A DNA stretch of 32,000 nt, taken from assembly GCF_000195975.1 (NCBI RefSeq), contig NC_005070.1, positions 900,001 to 932,000 of the forward strand. Reading direction: 5' to 3'. A program made the translations under genes and the position numbers. The first letter of the stretch is position 1. Each line of letters starts with the position of its first letter. Shown here piece after piece: positions 31,101-32,000 of the stretch. Under the pieces are notes generated by a model that worked only from the letters and a program-made list of their open reading frames with translations, ran no database searches and had not been told where the DNA came from. This DNA is from Parasynechococcus marenigrum WH 8102. GTDB taxonomy: Bacteria; Cyanobacteriota; Cyanobacteriia; PCC-6307; Cyanobiaceae.

Positions 31101-32000
31101 CTGAGAATGCATTGAGCAACAGTGCCAATCTCTCAGCCATTACTAATTTTGCCGATCTTGGTGCTCTATTCTCTGTAAAAGTAGGCAGCCAGACGTTGAG
31201 TTATGGAGCTAGCGGTGCAGGCACATTTAGCCTCGGTAAGGATGGATCCAATAACAACAAGTTAGTCTTTACGATCAATACAGAAGCTGATTATCTGCAA
31301 AACGATCAAGAGGTTGTTCAGATTATCTATAACGCTGATCCCAGCTCGACGACACATAACCTAGTTGATTCTGATGCTAATCAGACAACAGATTTTACAT
31401 TTACTGCGACTAATAGCTTCCTAGCACCATCTGTTTCCAGTGCAACGACGACCAGCTCGAATGTCGTGACAATGGTACTGTCTGAGAATGCATTGAGCAA
31501 CAGTGCCAATCTCTCAGCCATTACTAACTTTGCCAATCTTGGTGCTCTATTCTCTGTCAAAGTAGGCAGCCAGACGTTGAGTTATGGAGCTAGCGGTGCA
31601 GGCACATTTAGCCTCGGTAAGGATGGATCCAATAACAACAAGTTAGTCTTTACGATCAATACAGAAGCTGATTATCTGCAAAACGATCAAGAGGTTGTTC
31701 AGATTATCTATAACGCTGATCCCAGCTCGACGACACATAACCTAGTTGATTCTGATGCTAATCAGACAACAGATTTTACATTTACTGCGACTAATAGCTT
31801 CCTAGCACCATCTGTTTCCAGTGCAACGACGACCAGCTCGAATGTCGTGACGATGGTACTGTCTGAGAACTCATTGAGCAACAGTGCCAATCTCTCAGAC
31901 ATTACTAACTTTGCCAATCTTGGTGCTCTATTCTCCGTCAAAGTAGGCAGCCAGACGTTGAGTTATGGAGCTAGCGGTGCAGGCACATTTAGCCTCGGTA
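13139..32000 (+). CDS. swmB: Giant repetitive cell-surface protein, SwmB-like (3' end outside the window; at least 6,287 codons here)
   Basis: I translated this frame by hand across 13139-15000, 18120-19620 and 24300-25740 and found no stop. The rest consists of near-identical repeat copies. The track lists no plus-strand ORF in this frame in the 381-bp array, although each unit contains an in-frame Met (VVTMVLSE). That is expected only if no stop follows. An in-frame TAG at 13130-13132 precedes the first ATG. Domains: DUF4347-like (LIVVDQRSIDLEDY...LVLNPNTSGANQIREFL), 28 Ig-like modules, 2 VCBS-like domains and at least 16.5 repeats of 127 aa. The symbol is from my recollection of SwmB architecture, low GC and synteny, not from an alignment. 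Confidence 0.9.
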   Translation, partial: MDTSGYVYPPMDDLLKRQNGGGQGGFDPNSSDGGDLNGGDGLHPRPGESDVGSGLELDRSLQRVAAHEAWLNEQSQLPVENWLQIRGGKSIALENFGVNNNTTNEFTRDFEKSLIVVDQRSIDLEDYSRNLPPETDILVLNPNTSGANQIREFLIGDNAADYSNISIIGCRDDFHNACLGSDVLSVEDLSKQIYLFQQENLIDTSVNLRLFTAENLVVNVTQSPSQSASTELLSRAINIISSSFDSGRFQESLNHAYSASKHSYVLDRAYQLINGTSAPSIELVDFGKAEIKGAYLSGQDRILVDSSLRNANTLLDRVLIEEIGHWLDESHGADSKGDEGDIFATSLLGGNPTSSSRIDNVKRQILSLNGHFYYAEFANFGVDTLSSSSEVQSAGSSIILAPESGYSFRDVISDHSVSGANVASQFSVFVNGGASISPTGASFSSGSLLLTGISPVIEQNDYVTISYSPSGTSTFNLVDSSNPGSDTVPAFSDLPIDNNSTKDITAGYVDFGSSTTAVATNGATIVLKFNEALADITNDANTRNQFAVLTNGAANAVTGIALGGSNKEVTLTLTNTVEDGDEVTVAYTKDTGNSVQLEDRHTDATDIDNFSATSITNNSTKDLTAGTVDFGSSTTAVATNGATIVLKFTEALADITNDANTRNQFAVLTNGAANAVTGIALGGSNKEVTLTLTNTVEDGDEVTVAYTKDTGNSVQLEDRHTDATDIDNFSATSVTNNSTKDITGAVIDFGASTTAVATNGATLVLTFPEELADISDGADVRAQFAVLTNGAANAVTGVSLGGSNKQVTLTLTNVVEDEDEVTVAYTANGANALKDRHADATNIANWNATSITNNSTKDTTAGYVDFGSSTTAVATNGATIVLKFNEALADITNDANTRNQFAVLTNGAANAVTGIALGGSNKEVTLTLTNTVEDGDEVTVAYTKDTGNSVQLEDRHTDATDIDNFSATSITNNSTKDLTAGTVDFGSSTTAVATNGATIVLKFTEALADITNDANTRNQFAVLTNGAANAVTGIALGGSNKEVTLTLTNTVEDGDEVTVAYTKDTGNSVQLEDRHTDATDIDNFSATSVTNNSTKDITGAVIDFGASTTAVATNGATLVLTFPEELADISDGADVRAQFAVLTNGAANAVTGVSLGGSNKQVTLTLTNVVEDEDEVTVAYTANGANALKDRHADATNIANWNATSITNNSTKDTTAGYVDFGSSTTAVATNGATIVLKFNEALADITNDANTRNQFAVLTNGAANAVTGIALGGSNKEVTLTLTNTVEDGDEVTVAYTKDTGNSVQLEDRHTDATDIDNFSATSITNNSTKDLTAGTVDFGSSTTAVATNGATIVLKFTEALADITNDANTRNQFAVLTNGAANAVTGIALGGSNKEVTLTLTNTVEDGDEVTVAYTKDTGNSVQLEDRHTDATDIDNFSATSVTNNSTKDITGAVIDFGASTTAVATNGATLVLTFPEELADISDGADVRAQFAVLTNGAANAVTGVSLGGSNKQVTLTLTNVVEDEDEVTVAYTANGANALKDRHADATNIANWNATSITNNSTKDTTAGYVDFGSSTTAVATNGATIVLKFNEALADITNDANTRNQFAVLTNGAANAVTGIALGGSNKEVTLTLTNTVEDGDEVTVAYTKDTGNSVQLEDRHTDATDIDNFSATSVTNNSTKDLTAGTVDFGSSTTAVATNGATIVLKFTEALADITNDANTRNQFAVLTNGTANAVTGIALGGSNKEVTLTLTNTVEDGDEVTVAYTKDTVNSVQLEDRHTDATDIDNFSATAVTNNSTKDITGAVVDWAAATTAVATDGATLVLTFPEELADISDGADVRAQFAVLTNGAANAVTGVSLGGSNKQVTLTLTNVVEDEDEVTVAYTANGANALKDRHADATNIANFNAISITNNSTKDLTAGTVDFGSSTTAVATNGATIVLKFNEALADITNNANTRSQFAVLVNGATNNVTSISLGDSNTAITLTLATAVEDGDEVTVAYTKDTGNSVQLEDRHTDATDIDNFSATAITNNSTQTLSAPNPLFGSTSTAVASAGNLLVLKFAGQLADVTNDANTRNQFSVTTNGVANTVTGISLGGSNTEITLTLTQVIEDNDEVTLSYTKDSVNNVELAGRTAGSAQVSDFLSTAITNNSTKDTTAGYVDFGSSTTAVATNGATIVLKFNEALADITNDANTRNQFAVLTNGAANAVTGIALGGSNKEVTLTLTNTVEDGDEVTVAYTKDTGNSVQLEDRHTDATDIDNFSATSITNNSTKDLTAGTVDFGSSTTAVATNGATIVLKFTEALADITNDANTRNQFAVLTNGAANAVTGIALGGSNKEVTLTLTNTVEDGDEVTVAYTKDTGNSVQLEDRHTDATDIDNFSATSVTNNSTKDITGAVIDFGASTTAVATNGATLVLTFPEELADISDGADVRAQFAVLTNGAANAVTGVSLGGSNKQVTLTLTNVVEDEDEVTVAYTANGANALKDRHADATNIANWNATSITNNSTKDTTAGYVDFGSSTTAVATNGATIVLKFNEALADITNDANTRNQFAVLTNGAANAVTGIALGGSNKEVTLTLTNTVEDGDEVTVAYTKDTGNSVQLEDRHTDATDIDNFSATSITNNSTKDLTAGTVDFGSSTTAVATNGATIVLKFTEALADITNDANTRNQFAVLTNGAANAVTGIALGGSNKEVTLTLTNTVEDGDEVTVAYTKDTGNSVQLEDRHTDATDIDNFSATSVTNNSTKDITGAVIDFGASTTAVATNGATLVLTFPEELADISDGADVRAQFAVLTNGAANAVTGVSLGGSNKQVTLTLTNVVEDEDEVTVAYTANGANALKDRHADATNIANWNATSITNNSTKDTTAGYVDFGSSTTAVATNGATIVLKFNEALADITNDANTRNQFAVLTNGAANAVTGIALGGSNKEVTLTLTNTVEDGDEVTVAYTKDTGNSVQLEDRHTDATDIDNFSATSITNNSTKDLTAGTVDFGSSTTAVATNGATIVLKFTEALADITNDANTRNQFAVLTNGAANAVTGIALGGSNKEVTLTLTNTVEDGDEVTVAYTKDTGNSVQLEDRHTDATDIDNFSATSVTNNSTKDITGAVIDFGASTTAVATNGATLVLTFPEELADISDGADVRAQFAVLTNGAANAVTGVSLGGSNKQVTLTLTNVVEDEDEVTVAYTANGANALKDRHADATNIANWNATSITNNSTKDTTAGYVDFGSSTTAVATNGATIVLKFNEALADITNDANTRNQFAVLTNGAANAVTGIALGGSNKEVTLTLTNTVEDGDEVTVAYTKDTGNSVQLEDRHTDATDIDNFSATSITNNSTKDLTAGTVDFGSSTTAVATNGATIVLKFTEALADITNDANTRNQFAVLTNGAANAVTGIALGGSNKEVTLTLTNTVEDGDEVTVAYTKDTGNSVQLEDRHTDATDIDNFSATSVTNNSTKDITGAVIDFGASTTAVATNGATLVLTFPEELADISDGADVRAQFAVLTNGAANAVTGVSLGGSNKQVTLTLTNVVEDEDEVTVAYTANGANALKDRHADATNIANWNATSITNNSTKDTTAGYVDFGSSTTAVATNGATIVLKFNEALADITNDANTRNQFAVLTNGAANAVTGIALGGSNKEVTLTLTNTVEDGDEVTVAYTKDTGNSVQLEDRHTDATDIDNFSATSITNNSTKDLTAGTVDLRSSTTAVATNGATIVLKFTEALADITNDANTRNQFAVTVDGSTNTVTGIALGGSNQEVTLTLTNAIKDGAEVFVAYTKDTVNSVQLEDRHTDASDILDFTYSINNSSTVDSTIPVAVADTSSVEVGGSVVFDGTSGNQPILITNDTDNVGVTGIGAVDGVSFTSLTNSDHGTYSGAAGYKKVVGTFGTLYIKSNGVAAYIHTGTRATDTDVFIYTATDLQGNESIPIKLTINAQDTTAPSKSDTITESVNEGSTSSNLQLLSIFSDNSSTFSVTNIKVGSGSTVVLPSAETTGQYIGFSKVTSTQGDLYLKADGTAFYVHGGSDIVGTGTTDVFTYTVNDGTNQTTNTITINLVDTTVVPPTNSSSSTNSASSINLVMSEAIKSNVTALQSISDFSSIGPFFSLQIGNQTLAYGTGSGTFSMDKVNSTTLTFIVNTESDYIQNVHELVQLVYNPTGANTHHLKDLDGNFASGFTQLVTNQFVAPSVSSATTTSSNVVTMVLSENALSNSANLSAITNFADLGALFSVKVGSQTLSYGASGAGTFSLGKDGSNNNKLVFTINTEADYLQNDQEVVQIIYNADPSSTTHNLVDSDGNQTTDFTFTAANSFLAPSVSSATTTSSNVVTMVLSENALSNSANLSAITNFADLGALFSVKVGSQTLSYGASGAGTFSLGKDGSNNNKLVFTINTEADYLQSDQEVVQIIYNADPSSTTHNLVDSDGNQTTDFTFTAANSFLAPSVSSATTTSSNVVTMVLSENALSNSANLSAITDFANLGALFSVKVGSQTLSYGASGAGTFSLEKDGSNNNKLVFTINTEADYLQNDQEVVEIIYNADPSSTTHNLVDSDGNQTTDFTFTAANSFLAPSVSSATTTSSNVVTMVLSENALSNSANLSAITNFANLGALFSVKVGSQTLTYGASGAGTFSLGKDGSNNNKLVFTINTEADYLQNDQEIVEIIYNADPSSTTHNLVDSDGNQTTDFTFTAANSFLAPSVSSATTTSSNVVTMVLSENALSNSANLSAITNFANLGALFSVKVGSQTLSYGASGAGTFSLGKDGSNNNKLVFTINTEADYLQNDQEVVQIIYNADPSSTTHNLVDSDGNQTTDFAFTAANSFLAPSVSSATTTSSNVVTMVLSENALSNSANLSAITNFADLGALFSVKVGSQTLSYGASGAGTFSLGKDGSNNNKLVFTINTEADYLQNDQEVVQIIYNADPSSTTHNLVDSDANQTTDFTFTAANSFLAPSVSSATTTSSNVVTMVLSENALSNSANLSAITNFADLGALFSVKVGSQTLSYGASGAGTFSLGKDGSNNNKLVFTINTEADYLQNDQEVVQIIYNADPSSTTHNLVDSDGNQTTDFTFTAANSFLAPSVSSATTTSSNVVTMVLSENALSNSANLSAITNFADLGALFSVKVGSQTLSYGASGAGTFSLGKDGSNNNKLVFTINTEADYLQNDQEVVQIIYNADPSSTTHNLVDSDGNQTTDFTFTAANSFLAPFVSSATTTSSNVVTMVLSENSLSNSANLSAITNFADLGALFSVKVGSQTLSYGASGAGTFSLEKDGSNNNKLVFTINTEADYLQNDQEVVQIIYNADSSSTTHNLVDSDGNQTIDFTFTATNSFLASSVSSATTTSSNVVTMVLSENSLSNSANLSAITNFANLGALFSVKVGSQTLTYGASGAGTFSLGKDGSNNNKLVFTINTEADYLQNDQEIVEIIYNADPSSTTHNLVDSDGNQTTDFTFTATNSFLAPSVSSATTTSSNVVTMVLSENALSNSANLSAITNFANLGALFSVKVGSQTLSYGASGAGTFSLGKDGSNNNKLVFTINTEADYLQNDQEVVQIIYNADPSSTTHNLVDSDANQTTDFTFTATNSFLAPSVSSATTTSSNVVTMVLSENALSNSANLSDITNFANLGALFSVKVGSQTLSYGASGAGTFSLGKDGSNNNKLVFTINTEADYLQNDQEIVEIIYNADPSSTTHNLVDSDGNQTTDFTFTAANSFLAPSVSSATTTSSNVVTMVLSENALSNSANLSAITNFANLGALFSVKVGSQTLSYAASGAGTFSLGKDGSNNNKLVFTINTEADYLQNDQEVVQIIYNADPSSTTHNLVDSDGNQTTDFAFTAANSFLAPSVSSATTTSSNVVTMVLSENALSNSANLSAITNFADLGALFSVKVGSQTLTYGASGAGTFSLGKDGSNNNKLVFTINTEADYLQNDQEVVQIIYNADPSSTTHNLVDSDANQTTDFTFTATNSFLAPSVSSATTTSSNVVTMVLSENALSNSANLSAITNFADLGALFSVKVGSQTLSYGASGAGTFSLGKDGSNNNKLVFTINTEADYLQNDQEVVQIIYNADPSSTTHNLVDSDANQTTDFTFTATNSFLAPSVSSATTTSSNVVTMVLSENALSNSANLSAITNFANLGALFSVKVGSQTLSYGASGAGTFSLGKDGSNNNKLVFTINTEADYLQNDQEVVQIIYNADPSSTTHNLVDSDANQTTDFTFTATNSFLAPSVSSATTTSSNVVTMVLSENSLSNSANLSDITNFANLGALFSVKVGSQTLSYGASGAGTFSLG
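13478..13960 (+). other. DUF4347-like N-terminal domain of the giant protein (approximate limits)
   Basis: The sequence is LIVVDQRSIDLEDYSRNLPPETDILVLNPNTSGANQIREFLIGDNAADYSNISIIGCRDDFHNACLGSDVLSVEDL. This follows the v-f-i-D...L...l....vv.Ld...dg..qI...L.....i.i.sHG...l.lG...L pattern found at the N-termini of very large bacterial adhesins. The limits are estimated. Confidence 0.55.
14630..24571 (+). repeat. In-frame tandem array 1: 28 Ig-like modules (357, 357, 351 bp) forming a 1065-bp A-B-C super-repeat
   Basis: Module starts (the NNST codons) are 14630, 14987, 15344, 15695 ... 17825, 18182, 18539, 18890, 19247, 19604 ... 23864, 24221. The array ends at 24571. The 1065-bp unit recurs at 14630, 15695, 16760, 17825 and again at 19604, 20669, 21734, 22799, 23864 (partial). 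Consensus module: NNSTKDxTAGxVDFGSSTTAVATNGATIVLKFxEALADITNDANTRNQFAVLTNGAANAVTGIALGGSNKEVTLTLTNTVEDGDEVTVAYTKDTGNSVQLEDRHTDATDIDNFSATSIT. A degenerate module 0 lies at about 14290-14629. Confidence 0.95.
24590..25322 (+). other. Two VCBS/cadherin-like domains between the two repeat arrays
   Basis: Each copy shows the expected pattern. Copy 1: ...ILITNDTDNVGVTGI...GTYSGAAGYKKVVGTFGTLYIKSNGVAAYIHTG...DTDVFIYTATDLQGNESIPIKLTIN. Copy 2: ...GQYIGFSKVTSTQGDLYLKADGTAFYVHGG...TTDVFTYTVNDGTNQTTNTITINL. This matches G.yG.L.i..dGsy.Y......D.FtYtv.D..g......i.i as seen in VCBS repeats of RTX-type adhesins. Confidence 0.6.
25328..32000 (+). repeat. In-frame tandem array 2: 381-bp (127-aa) repeats, with one diverged founder unit, 16 complete units and a partial 17th at the window edge
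   Basis: Unit starts (the GCA of APSVSS) are 25709, 26090, 26471, 26852, 27233, 27614, 27995, 28376, 28757, 29138, 29519, 29900, 30281, 30662, 31043, 31424 and 31805. Consensus: APSVSSATTTSSNVVTMVLSENALSNSANLSAITNFADLGALFSVKVGSQTLSYGASGAGTFSLGKDGSNNNKLVFTINTEADYLQNDQEVVQIIYNADPSSTTHNLVDSDGNQTTDFTFTAANSFL. The unit at 25328-25708 is clearly related but much more diverged (VPPTNSSSSTNSASSINLVMSEAIKSNVTALQSISDFSSIGPFFSLQIGNQTLAYGTGSGTFSMDK...). Confidence 0.95.

Larger units (their letters stand above)
11922..32000. other. Low-GC compositional island (continues beyond the window)
   Basis: Hand counts of 60-nt lines give 68% GC at 6301-6360. Inside the island they give 32% at 12661-12720, 35-40% at 13441-13560 and 42% at 14701-14760. 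The switch coincides with the stop codon of the RodZ-like gene (11919-11921). No tRNA, integrase or transposase is visible at the boundary. Confidence 0.85.

Noticed and set aside
14630-32000. Regularly spaced repeats that might suggest a CRISPR array.
   Set aside because: The repeat units are contiguous, 351-381 bp long and in frame. They encode protein domains with no short repeat plus unique-spacer organisation, and no cas genes are visible.

Overview
The window has two very different parts. Bases 1-11,921 are GC-rich (about 60-68% in the lines I counted by hand). This part is densely packed with housekeeping genes typical of a marine Synechococcus-type picocyanobacterium. In order: the clpC 3' end, an Fe-ADH/glycerol-dehydrogenase-like enzyme, an alpha/beta hydrolase, a DUF2993-like protein, cdsA, an RlpA-like lipoprotein, an Orn/Lys/Arg-decarboxylase-family PLP enzyme, an ABC1/UbiB kinase and a small membrane protein. 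These are followed by an OmpR-type response regulator with a PAS histidine kinase (probably phoB-phoR), an RsuA/RluB-type pseudouridine synthase and a RodZ-like HTH membrane protein. At about 11,922 the composition drops abruptly to about 32-42% GC and stays low to the window end.

The low-GC part is dominated by one giant plus-strand reading frame. It starts at ATG 13139, which is preceded by an in-frame TAG at 13130-13132. It is still open at base 32000, giving at least 6,287 codons. The supplied ORF track does not list it because it has no stop codon inside the window. The short repeated ORFs the track does list between 14.2 and 30.8 kb are out-of-frame or antisense shadows of it.

The giant protein has this layout:
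- a GC-rich, Gly/Asp-rich N-terminus with no signal peptide
- a DUF4347-like domain
- a degenerate metzincin-like motif
- 28 tandem Ig-like modules of 117-119 aa, organised as a nearly identical 1065-bp (A-B-C) super-repeat
- two VCBS/cadherin-like domains
- at least 16.5 tandem 381-bp (127-aa) repeats that run off the window

This architecture, the composition and the neighbouring genes match what I recall of SwmB, the roughly 1.1 MDa surface protein needed for non-flagellar swimming in Synechococcus WH8102. So the protein itself is probably not new.

The points most worth follow-up are:
- the host-like GC-rich patch that forms the 5' end of the giant gene
- the divergent small ribbon-helix-helix-like gene with twin palindromes in the shared upstream region
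- the mosaic, synonymous-only variation among the repeats
- the metzincin-like motif
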